Shown here in pieces: positions 52,790-64,000 of a stretch of DNA of 64,000 nt. The notes beneath the pieces were generated by a model. It was not told where the DNA came from, ran no database searches, and worked only from the letters and a program-made list of their open reading frames with translations. Each line of letters starts with the position of its first letter. Position 1 is the stretch's first letter. Both the position numbers and the translations under genes were made by a program. The stretch is from an uncultured delta proteobacterium (GTDB taxonomy: Bacteria > Myxococcota_A > Polyangia > Polyangiales > Polyangiaceae), in assembly GCA_963806225.1 (NCBI GenBank), contig CAWDXG010000004.1, positions 384,001-448,000 of the forward strand, given 5' to 3'.

Positions 52790-55561
52790 ATGCCGAGGGT
52801 ATTCCGAGCAGTTGCCGGGGCTCAGGAGCCTGGTCTTGCCGGCAGCACGCCGGCAGCCCGCCTGCGGCGCGCTCGAGGAGCGGGCTCGCGGCGCCTGGCG
52901 GGGCTCGGCGCCCTGCTCCGGCCCGTGCCGCTGCTGTTGATCGTGGCGTGGCTCGTGCAGCGGGGCGGAACGCTGCCCGCCGCGGCGACAGCCGAGGCAG
53001 ATCCCGCCCGGGCGCTGGCCGATGCTCTCGCGCCCCGGGGACTCCGGACGGTGCCCGGGGACGTGCACTGGGTCGAAGCACCCCGCGGGGCGATCGCGTC
53101 GCGCTTCGCGCGGCCGCGCGCCGTGGTGCGCGCACATCGAGCGGGCGAGCCCTCGGACATCTACGAGGTGGCGACGCGGCGCGCGCCGGACGGACACCTG
53201 CTCGAGATCACGCACATCTACAACCTGACCGACACGTCGGCGGTCGACGAGCACCAGCTGGTGGTGAGCGGCCCGCGCGTGGCGTGGGTGCTAGGCGGCG
53301 CGGGCAGGACCTACAGCGTTCACCTGGCCGATCTGCGCGGCCAGCCGATGCCGACCGGCAACGACTGGACGCGGCTGGCGCAGTGGCAGGAGCGGCTGAC
53401 GAACCTGCAGAACACGGGGAGCCTGCGCGGCGTGCTCCGCCGCCATTTCAAGCTCGACCCCGCGGCGCACCACACGAAGCTCGCGTTCTCGCCGGACGCG
53501 CTGCTGGTCGACGCGGATTCGCGGCGTATCCGCATCCCGACGGAGGGGCACGGCCGCATCCGGGGCAGGCTGTACGTGCGGGAGCAGCGCATCCCGCTCG
53601 CACGGCCCGGCAATCTGGTGACGTGGGCCGTCGATCGCGTGCGCGCCATGCCGTGGTTCGGCAGCGATCGCATGCAGTACCTGAAGGCCGTCGCGTTCGA
53701 CGCGCTCGACTGGCTGCAGCGGATGCAGGGCTCGGTGACGGGCGACGATGGCTCCACGCGCGTGGCCGCACAGATGGGCGGTCTGCTCGACTCACCGGCG
53801 ACGACGTACACGGATCCGGAAACGGGCTGGCCGCCGCCGCCGATGAAACCCATGATCTCGCCGCCGCTACCGGACGAGGGCAAGTGGCGACCGCTCGACA
53901 AGGATCCGTTCATCCGCACGAACCCCCGCGCGCCAGCCCCGTTCGTCACGTCCTTCATCCGCACCGACCACAAGCGGCGCTACACGGAAATCTTCGTGAC
54001 GATGTGGGACCCCCGGCAGGTCTCGCTGCACGAGATGAGCGGAACCGTCGAACCGAAGAGCGCGACCGGCGAGACCGGCCCGGGCGAGGTGCCGCGCAAG
54101 CCAGCCGTGATGGGACGGCTGCTCGGCGCGTTCAACGGCGGCTTCCAGGCGACCCACGGCGAGTTCGGCATGATGGCCAACGGCGTGCTGTACCTGCCGC
54201 CGAAACCGTACGCAGCGACCGTGGCGGAGCTCCGCGACGGCTCCACCGCGTTCGGCACCTGGCCCGACGACGACACCGTTCCGGACGATATTCTCTCGTT
54301 CCGCCAGAACATGACGCCGCTGGTGATGGACGGGGCCATCAATCCGTACAAGCGGAACTGGTGGGGCGGCGTACCACCGGGCTGGACCGACAAGTCGCGC
54401 ACGGTGCGCAGCGGGATCTGCCTGACGAAGGAAGGCTTCGTGGCCTACTTCTACGGCTCGAGCCTGGATGCCGAGCATCTCGCGCTGGCGATGCAGCGCG
54501 CACGCTGCGTGTACGGCATTCACCTGGACATGAACCCCGGGCATACCGGGCTCGAGTTCTACAAGGCGGGGCCCGCAAGCGAACTCGAGCCGCTCGACCG
54601 CAAGCTCGACCCGCAGTGGGAGGCACAGGGCGACGTGCCCCGCATGAAGGGCTGGCGCTTCCGCGCGCGGCGCATGCTCCGCTACATGGGGCTGATGAAC
54701 TTCCCGCGCTATGTCCACCGCGAGGCGCGCGATTTCTTCTACCTCACCCTGCGCCACGTGCTGCCCGGACCAGCCGTCCAGAGCGCATTCCACCCCGCCG
54801 ACCGGGGCGAAGGGATGTGGAAGCTGTCGGGGCTTCCGCAGCATGGCTGGCCGTACGCACTCGCGACCGCCTGGGTGCGACCGGACGCGAGCCGACCCGA
54901 GACCAAGCTGCGGCTGCTGGAGCTGGATCCGGAAACACTGCAGGCCACGAACGGCGGCGATGCCGACAACACCGTGGTCGTGTTCCACCCGGAGCGCGAG
55001 ACCCAGCGGGGCGGACCGAGCGTGTGGCTGGACGGCCGGCACTTCGTGGTGGCAACGACAGCGCCGTCCAGCGCTGCGACCCGGATCGCCGAGGGTCTGC
55101 CCGGCGGCGCGCGTGCGGCTGCGGCGCTCGGCATCGACCGCGACGGGATGCTGCTGTACGCGGAAGTCGCCACGGCGCCGCGCCCCGCCGAGGACGCCGG
55201 CCTGCTGGAACGAGTGCTCGGTTCCCGTGGTGCCAGGCAGGTTGTGCTGCTCGAGCAGCCGCTGGGCGCCGCGCTCGGCGGCGAGCGGGACCTCTCGGGT
55301 CAACCCGTCGCCTCGAACGCCCAGCAGGTGCGATTGGTGCGGCGCAAGACGCCGGGAGCCCGCCGCATCTTCGCGGACACCCCGATCGTGCCCGTGGCGA
55401 CGTGGTACCCGCTCCAGGCCAAACGCATCCGCTATTTCCACAAACCGAAGCCGAAGCCGGCGGCCGGCGACCCGGGCGCTGCCGGCGCTGATCCGGGCTC
55501 GGCGGCGGGTGGAAGCACCGGAACCACGCCGGCGGCGGCGGGCAGCGCGCCGGCCCGTTGA
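52790..55561 (+). CDS. Large membrane-anchored protein with phosphodiester-glycosidase-like (NAGPA/DUF2233-like) domain
   Basis: N-terminal hydrophobic segment; LLGAFNGGF, TVRSGICLT, GIHLDMN motifs. Confidence 0.65.
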   Translation: MPRVFRAVAGAQEPGLAGSTPAARLRRARGAGSRRLAGLGALLRPVPLLLIVAWLVQRGGTLPAAATAEADPARALADALAPRGLRTVPGDVHWVEAPRGAIASRFARPRAVVRAHRAGEPSDIYEVATRRAPDGHLLEITHIYNLTDTSAVDEHQLVVSGPRVAWVLGGAGRTYSVHLADLRGQPMPTGNDWTRLAQWQERLTNLQNTGSLRGVLRRHFKLDPAAHHTKLAFSPDALLVDADSRRIRIPTEGHGRIRGRLYVREQRIPLARPGNLVTWAVDRVRAMPWFGSDRMQYLKAVAFDALDWLQRMQGSVTGDDGSTRVAAQMGGLLDSPATTYTDPETGWPPPPMKPMISPPLPDEGKWRPLDKDPFIRTNPRAPAPFVTSFIRTDHKRRYTEIFVTMWDPRQVSLHEMSGTVEPKSATGETGPGEVPRKPAVMGRLLGAFNGGFQATHGEFGMMANGVLYLPPKPYAATVAELRDGSTAFGTWPDDDTVPDDILSFRQNMTPLVMDGAINPYKRNWWGGVPPGWTDKSRTVRSGICLTKEGFVAYFYGSSLDAEHLALAMQRARCVYGIHLDMNPGHTGLEFYKAGPASELEPLDRKLDPQWEAQGDVPRMKGWRFRARRMLRYMGLMNFPRYVHREARDFFYLTLRHVLPGPAVQSAFHPADRGEGMWKLSGLPQHGWPYALATAWVRPDASRPETKLRLLELDPETLQATNGGDADNTVVVFHPERETQRGGPSVWLDGRHFVVATTAPSSAATRIAEGLPGGARAAAALGIDRDGMLLYAEVATAPRPAEDAGLLERVLGSRGARQVVLLEQPLGAALGGERDLSGQPVASNAQQVRLVRRKTPGARRIFADTPIVPVATWYPLQAKRIRYFHKPKPKPAAGDPGAAGADPGSAAGGSTGTTPAAAGSAPAR

Positions 55562-55645
55562 CCTCGCCCGGGGCGGGGACTTCAGGAAGTACTTGATCAA
55601 ATCGGCGACCCGATCGCGATTTTCCTGACTGTCGGTGTCGAACTG

Positions 55646-58457
<2,812 letters not shown>

Positions 58458-58484
58458 TCCAGCCCGGGTCCGGCTCCCCGTGAC

Positions 58485-60671
58485 GTGAGCGACGATCCCG
58501 GAGCCGCGCAAACCGCGGACGCGGTCGCCCCGCAGAACCCGCGGCGGGCGCTGCTCGGCGGCCTCGTCGCGTTGGTGGGTATCGCGGCGTTCGCGGGCGC
58601 CATCGCCGGCCCGTGGATACTCGACGACCACGACCTGATCCAGCTGAACCCCTACATCCACTCGTTCCACTACTGGCGCCACTGGCTGATCAGCGAGATG
58701 TGGGACGTGGGGCCCGACGCGGGCGCAGCGCCGCGGACGCATTACTACCGTCCCCTCGCCACCGCGTCGTACGCCCTGGATTGGGCCATCGGCCATGGCT
58801 CGCCGGTCGTGTTCCACGTCACGAACCTGGTGTGGGAGGCGGCGGCAGGCCTTCTGGCCTTCTTCACACTCGAGCGCTGGTTGAAAAACGCGTGGCTCCC
58901 CGCGCTGCTGGCGGCGCTGGTATTCGTGGTCCACCCGACCAAGGCCGAGAGCGTCGCGTGGATCGCGGGGCGTACGGACGTCATCTGCGCCGTCTGGCTG
59001 TTCGTCGCGTCCCTGGGCGTGGCCCGCCGGCTACGGGGACAACGCGGGGGCCTCGCGCTGGAAATCGGCGGCACGCTGCTCGCCTACCTCACCAAAGAGA
59101 CCGCGATCGTGCTGCCGGCATTCGTCGTCCTCGAGACGTGGGTGGCGCTCGACCGACCGGCGATCGACCGGAGCTTCGTACTGCGCGCACTCAAGAGCGC
59201 GCTGCCGCAGCTCGGTGTCGCCCTCACGTATCTCGCGCTGCGCCAGATCCTGCTGCCGGTCTCCACGGTGCCCACGCACTCGGCACTCTCCACAACCGGC
59301 GACCATCTGCAGCTCGTGCTCGAGACCCTGGGACGGGCGGCAGAGCTCAGCGTATTCCCCCGCCATCTGATGATCCAGCAGGGGCTGGTGCGCGTCGACG
59401 TGACAACGGGGAAGACCGTCCACAGCGCGGGCTACGTCGCGTTGGGCGCCGCCATGCTGGTGACTATCGGTGTCGGCGCCTGGCTGGCGCGCCGCCGCGC
59501 TCCCGGCATCACGCTGGGGTTATCGTTCTTTCTCGTCACCTTCGCGCCCACCGCGAATCTCGTTCCCACACACCTCTACACGATCATCTCCGAGCGGTTC
59601 TTGTACCTGCCCATGCTCGGTCTGGCGCAAGTCGTTGGCGAGCTGGTGCTGCACGCGGCAAAGCGGCGCCGCGCCGTGATTGCCGGTTCTTCCCTCGTCA
59701 TCGCGATATTCGCAGCGCTCTCCTTCCGGCGCGGGCTGGACTACTCGAGCGGAGCACGATTCTGGAAGCACGAAGCTGCCGTCAACCACTGGAGCTACTC
59801 GGCGCTCCTGCACCTCGCCTACCTCGACATCGATCATCACCAGTACGACGCAGCTCTGGGGAAGCTGACGCGGGCACACGCCCTGGCGCATCGCTGGTTT
59901 CCGGATTCGGGCTCCGAGATTTCGCTGATGATGGAGGCCATCGAGGTCCTGGTGCACGTGACACCAGACGCACAGGCGAAAAAGCTCGAGAAGCTGGACC
60001 GTTTCGTGACGGGAGTCCTCCAACCGGGCCAGAAGACGATCGGACTGGACCTGCAGAAACCGACGCTGCGCGCTGAACTGAGTCTCGACAATCCGATCGT
60101 CCAGCGCCTCGTCAAGTCGCTGCGCCCGCGGCTCTTGATCACCCATGCGGACATCCAGAGCCGGATCGGCGACCCGAAAGCCGGCGCACAAGCGGCCGAG
60201 CAGGCCTGGCAGGCCTGCCGCCGTTGCAGCGCAACGGCCCAGACGGCCGCGGTGATACTGGCGCGTGACGGACGCTACGCCGATGCGCGCCGGGTGCTCG
60301 CCAACATCGCCGCGCTCCAGGAAGCGTCCCACTCCCAGGCCACCAGAGCGCGCATCGAGCGCGCGTATCGCTGGCATCTCCGGGCGGCGGCACCCGGCCC
60401 GGTCGGGATCCTGGCGCGGGCGCGGGAGCTGTCGACGCTGGGAGCGTACGGACGGGCGTTTGCACTCCTGTCGCCGCATGAAGACGCGATTCGCAACGTG
60501 CCCACCATGCTGATGGGCTACGCGGAGCTTGCCTGGCGCGCCGGCCACCCCGACGTGGCGCGACGCGTCCTGGCCAAGCGGGTGGACGCCCGGGAGCTCC
60601 AGCGCCTGACGAAGCGCTGGTCGCAGCGCATGGGCTGGGTCCCTTCGCGCCGGTACCAGCGCGCGCGCTAG
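58485..60671 (+). CDS. TMTC-like GT-C membrane glycosyltransferase with C-terminal TPR-like helices
   Basis: WILDD...I..NP, YYRPL, FHVTNL, FVVHPTKAESVAWIAGR, KETAI, ERFLYLP. Confidence 0.8.
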   Translation: MSDDPGAAQTADAVAPQNPRRALLGGLVALVGIAAFAGAIAGPWILDDHDLIQLNPYIHSFHYWRHWLISEMWDVGPDAGAAPRTHYYRPLATASYALDWAIGHGSPVVFHVTNLVWEAAAGLLAFFTLERWLKNAWLPALLAALVFVVHPTKAESVAWIAGRTDVICAVWLFVASLGVARRLRGQRGGLALEIGGTLLAYLTKETAIVLPAFVVLETWVALDRPAIDRSFVLRALKSALPQLGVALTYLALRQILLPVSTVPTHSALSTTGDHLQLVLETLGRAAELSVFPRHLMIQQGLVRVDVTTGKTVHSAGYVALGAAMLVTIGVGAWLARRRAPGITLGLSFFLVTFAPTANLVPTHLYTIISERFLYLPMLGLAQVVGELVLHAAKRRRAVIAGSSLVIAIFAALSFRRGLDYSSGARFWKHEAAVNHWSYSALLHLAYLDIDHHQYDAALGKLTRAHALAHRWFPDSGSEISLMMEAIEVLVHVTPDAQAKKLEKLDRFVTGVLQPGQKTIGLDLQKPTLRAELSLDNPIVQRLVKSLRPRLLITHADIQSRIGDPKAGAQAAEQAWQACRRCSATAQTAAVILARDGRYADARRVLANIAALQEASHSQATRARIERAYRWHLRAAAPGPVGILARARELSTLGAYGRAFALLSPHEDAIRNVPTMLMGYAELAWRAGHPDVARRVLAKRVDARELQRLTKRWSQRMGWVPSRRYQRAR

Positions 60672-60675
60672 CCTT

Positions 60676-61596
60676 TCAATACCTGCTGTCCGATGCCGCC
60701 GCCCAGGCGCGCCAGGTCGTCGCGCACTCCTGCTTCCCCGCTCGCGCGAGACCGGCGCAGCTTGCCGCCTCGAAATGCGGGCCCAGCACCAGCAGCATGT
60801 CCTTGTGCACGAACCCGAGATCGGCATGCCAGGCCTTGTGGAAACGCTGGAGCCGCGCTTCCGCCTTGCTCTGCACCTGCTCGCCGATTGCCCGCTTCAG
60901 GTACCCGAGCGCCAGCTTGCGGATCTGTTCGTCGTCGGCCACCGCCAGTACCCGCTCGAGGAACTCGATCGTCGCCTGGCGCGCTCCCTGCCGGGACAGA
61001 ATCGCGGCAGCCGTGATGCAGTGGTACGGCAGGTTCTCGTTCTTGCCGATCAGCTCGCAGGCGTGCGCCAGGCGTCGTGCGCCGGCGCGCCGCCACGCGA
61101 CCCGCACCTTCGCGGGCAGGTGCGGGGGCGCCAGGTAGGCCAGAAACTGCCCAGCGCTCGTCCACAGCTCCGCGTCGTAGGGCAACTCCCGCATCCCGCG
61201 CTCGAGGATCTGGCGCGCCTTCTTGTAGTCGCGATAGCGGGCCGGCTTCGGCTGCAGAGTGAGCAGTGTGTCGGCGAAGCGGTACGGCGTCTCGAAGCGC
61301 GGGTCCAGCGCATTGATCGTGTCCAGGTAGTTGCCGACGTACTCGAAGCGGCGCTTCTCCTGGAAGTGCAGACCGTACGAGACGAGGACGTGCGCGTAGA
61401 TCAGGTCCGCAAGCGCCGAACGATAGCCCAGGCTGAGCGCTACCGTCTGCTCCGCAGAGGGCAAAGTGTAGACGTCGCTTCGCGCCTTGACCGAGTGGAA
61501 GCGCGCCGCCAGCGGCTCGCGCAGCCACGCGACACCCACTGCTCCCAGCGCCAGCAGCACCAGGCTGACGAGGGTTGAAGCGCTATTCGACCTCAC
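60676..61596 (-). CDS. Myxobacterial PilG-like pilus accessory protein
   Basis: N-terminal TM; LP...LSLGYRSALADL, LDPRF..PY.FA, ARQILERG...P.D..LW; follows the pilin-like gene. Confidence 0.6.
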   Translation of the reverse strand: MRSNSASTLVSLVLLALGAVGVAWLREPLAARFHSVKARSDVYTLPSAEQTVALSLGYRSALADLIYAHVLVSYGLHFQEKRRFEYVGNYLDTINALDPRFETPYRFADTLLTLQPKPARYRDYKKARQILERGMRELPYDAELWTSAGQFLAYLAPPHLPAKVRVAWRRAGARRLAHACELIGKNENLPYHCITAAAILSRQGARQATIEFLERVLAVADDEQIRKLALGYLKRAIGEQVQSKAEARLQRFHKAWHADLGFVHKDMLLVLGPHFEAASCAGLARAGKQECATTWRAWAAASDSRY

Positions 61597-62068
61597 GATA
61601 CATGTCCAACGGCGAGGTCGTCGGCTCCGAACCGTCCTTGGACCTGCCGGAGATCTCGAACGTGCTGAGCACGCCGTCACCATCCAGATCCCCGTGGGCC
61701 ACCGCGCGGAAGCTGGCGCTGCCCGGCGCGTCGTGGCTCTCGAAGGCGAAGCTGTAGCTGTGCGGCAGCTTGAAGCCGAAGTCGAGCAGCCGCCAGGTGG
61801 GCTTGTTCCAGGTGCCTGGCGGGTCCTTCACCCTCTCGCCCCGCGGAACGGCCGCCGGCGTGAGACCCACGCTCTGGGGGTAGGCCTTCTCCGCAGCGCG
61901 CCCCGCCGCGAGGACCGTCGCGCGGGTGGCGATGCGGTTCAATCCGTCCATCGGCTCGACCAGCCGCGAAGCGTGCAGGTTCCTCACGAAGGCGGGCAGC
62001 GCCGTCGCGAGCAGCGAGCCTGCGATGGCGACCACCGCAGCCGCTTCGACCGGAGTCAGGGAACGCAC
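61583..62068 (-). CDS. Type IV pilin-like protein with atypical prepilin site
   Basis: RS|LTPVEAAAVVAIAGSLLATALPAF (Glu at +5, hydrophobic helix, Pro22); C-terminal AVAHGDLDGDG..STF. Confidence 0.7.
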   Translation of the reverse strand: MRSLTPVEAAAVVAIAGSLLATALPAFVRNLHASRLVEPMDGLNRIATRATVLAAGRAAEKAYPQSVGLTPAAVPRGERVKDPPGTWNKPTWRLLDFGFKLPHSYSFAFESHDAPGSASFRAVAHGDLDGDGVLSTFEISGRSKDGSEPTTSPLDMYREVE

Positions 62069-62082
62069 GGCCGGAGCGTAGA

Positions 62083-64000
62083 TCAACGGCGCTTTTCGTG
62101 CACGCGCCGGAACAGGAGCACACTCGTCGGCTCCCCCGGGGGCGCCGTGTCGCCGGGCGGCCGGACGAGCTCGTAGTGCGCGTCCAGGTGTCGTCGGACC
62201 CGGTCCACGAAACGCGCGTCCCAGCGAGCCCCATGCTCGAACACCGCGCCAACGCTGATCACCGAGTCGTAGACGCGGTCGAAGCGCTCGAACCCGGCCG
62301 CCAGCTCGGGTCGGCCGGCCGCGTACAGCTCGATGGCGGACTGCACGCGGTCGAGCGGAATGTCTCGCCGACCCGCCCGGATCCAGGCCAGGGTGCTCGC
62401 GTAGAGCAGCGTGTGCCGGCCGGCGCGCGTCTCGCCCCGCACCTGTGCTTCCAGCGTGTGCTCGGCGTGTGTCACGCGGGCGCGCAGCGCTGCGGGACAG
62501 GGCGACGCGGGTGCCACGAGCACGAGCGCAACCGCCAATGCCGCAGCCGGCAGCACGACGCGGGATGCCGCGCGCTCGGCCAGCGCCGTCGCCGGAAGCA
62601 GCAACAGGATGCTCCCGGCGATGGATAGCGGCATCAGATCGTTGGCCCGCCCGCCGAGCTTGAGAAACGCCGGCAGCGACGTGATCGCGAAGCCAGCCGC
62701 GAGCGCTGCTATCCGCCTTGCGGCCTCGAACCACGGCCCCGGACCAAGACGCCAGCGACAGATGCCGCACGCCGCTATGGAGACGAGGGCAAGACGCCCG
62801 GCGGGGAGGAATGGAACCTCCAGCAGCCGATGCCAGCGGAGCGGCTGCGCGGCAAACAACCAGATGCTCCAGGCACTGAAGTTCCCCAGAGTGTGATCGA
62901 ACAGCGGGATCACGGAAAGCGCGATCACCGCGCCCAGCCCCAGCCACGCCAGCTCGCGCCAGCGGCGCTCGAGCAGCATGACGAATACGAGGCCCAGACC
63001 GATGCCCGCGCCAGTGAGCTTGAACGCCGTCGCCAGCGCAGGAACGAGCACCAGCGTGAGCACGAAGAGCAGGCGCAAAATGCGCGCTTCGCCAAGCAGC
63101 GCCGCCACCGCGAACGCGAAACAGAGCATCAACGCGTGATCGGGATGCACGTACGGCGCGATGAAGCTCGACAGTGCCGCGGCCAGACACGACACGACCA
63201 GCATCCACCACGATGCGAGGCGGCCAGCGGGTCCGCGCTCGATACGTGACCGGAGCGCCCACACCAGGACCGCCGCGGTTGCCAGCTGCCAGAACAGGGT
63301 TAGACCCCGATTTGCTGCCAGTGAGAGATCGAGCCCGAAGGGCGCGAGCAGCGTGTGATGCAGGAGCTGCAGCAGTGGCGCGTAGGCGTAGGAGTTGACC
63401 TGCTGCATCGGACCGTAGAGCACGTGCCCGGTGCGGAGCTTGAGCAGATCGAGCAGGAAGGGGGGCTCCGACCACGTCATCAGGTCCGACGGCAGCGACG
63501 CGAAGGACACCACCCACACCGCGCGGAGCGCCAGTACCAACGTCGCAAGGGCCACGAGAAGCCACGCCAGCCCGGCGTTCGACCGGCCCGGCTCGCGGGT
63601 CGCGGGGAGCAGCGCCGTCCACGCACCGAGCAGCAGAGCGGGTGCGACGAGAGCGAGCCTCCACGCGTCGGGCCAGCCCAACGCCACGGCGCCCAGGATC
63701 GCGTGGCGGGCGTCGACCCCTCCACCGAGTGCGAGGGCGGACAGCAACAGCGTGGGCACGACCACGCCGACCAGCACAGCCAGGCCCGCGTCACGGCACG
63801 CGCGTGGCTCGATTCCGGACGCGGCCGCGACCAGAGCGAAGGCGAGCAGCACGGAAGCCGACGCAGGCCAGAGCGCCGGTGCGATCACCGACGCCGCCAG
63901 CGCCCACAGGGCCGCGGTGCCCAGAAGGACGCGCCGCGCAGCCAAGCGCGGGCTCGCGAGTGCCGCTGCCACGAGCGCGCCCTGGAGGAGCAACGCCCTG
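62083..64000 (-). CDS. Polytopic membrane protein, probable GT-C (ArnT/PMT-like) glycosyltransferase; 5' end outside the window
   Basis: Many TM helices; WSEPP...LYG...YAPL...R, PDHA, AFKLTG motifs. Confidence 0.55.
   Translation of the reverse strand, partial: RALLLQGALVAAALASPRLAARRVLLGTAALWALAASVIAPALWPASASVLLAFALVAAASGIEPRACRDAGLAVLVGVVVPTLLLSALALGGGVDARHAILGAVALGWPDAWRLALVAPALLLGAWTALLPATREPGRSNAGLAWLLVALATLVLALRAVWVVSFASLPSDLMTWSEPPFLLDLLKLRTGHVLYGPMQQVNSYAYAPLLQLLHHTLLAPFGLDLSLAANRGLTLFWQLATAAVLVWALRSRIERGPAGRLASWWMLVVSCLAAALSSFIAPYVHPDHALMLCFAFAVAALLGEARILRLLFVLTLVLVPALATAFKLTGAGIGLGLVFVMLLERRWRELAWLGLGAVIALSVIPLFDHTLGNFSAWSIWLFAAQPLRWHRLLEVPFLPAGRLALVSIAACGICRWRLGPGPWFEAARRIAALAAGFAITSLPAFLKLGGRANDLMPLSIAGSILLLLPATALAERAASRVVLPAAALAVALVLVAPASPCPAALRARVTHAEHTLEAQVRGETRAGRHTLLYASTLAWIRAGRRDIPLDRVQSAIELYAAGRPELAAGFERFDRVYDSVISVGAVFEHGARWDARFVDRVRRHLDAHYELVRPPGDTAPPGEPTSVLLFRRVHEKRR

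Overview
High-GC bacterial chromosomal window. Gly/Ser-linker Cys-rich lipoproteins, Ser/Thr kinases with PEGA domains, a giant TPR protein and PilG/pilin-like genes point to Myxococcota, probably Polyangiales (inference). Core content: Lhr helicase, NfeD-SPFH pair, PLD plus EEP phosphatase, PiT/DUF47, tRNA-Leu(CAG), two MlaE permeases, hutG/hutU/hutI, yqjG-type GST, GMC oxidoreductase, pyrC-carA-rimO, and a pilin/PilG/GT-C glycosyltransferase region. Several genes (acyl-CoA dehydrogenase, TPR, hutG, phosphoesterase, pyrC, carA, rimO, PEGA kinase) have clustered single-base frameshifts that look like assembly errors. About 15.5-28.3 kb, on the 3' side of tRNA-Leu, is a mosaic of short gene fragments, with two IS91-like transposase remnants and tRNA T-arm-like repeats. 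The best candidate for an undescribed system is a translationally coupled three-gene operon at 8561-10279: an IsdG/ABM-like monooxygenase, a globin/phycobiliprotein-like helical protein, and a CarH-type B12-binding protein carrying a Cys zinc ribbon instead of a DNA-binding domain. It may be a split heme-to-bilin plus B12 light/redox sensor. All family calls come from motif recognition by eye; no database searches were run.
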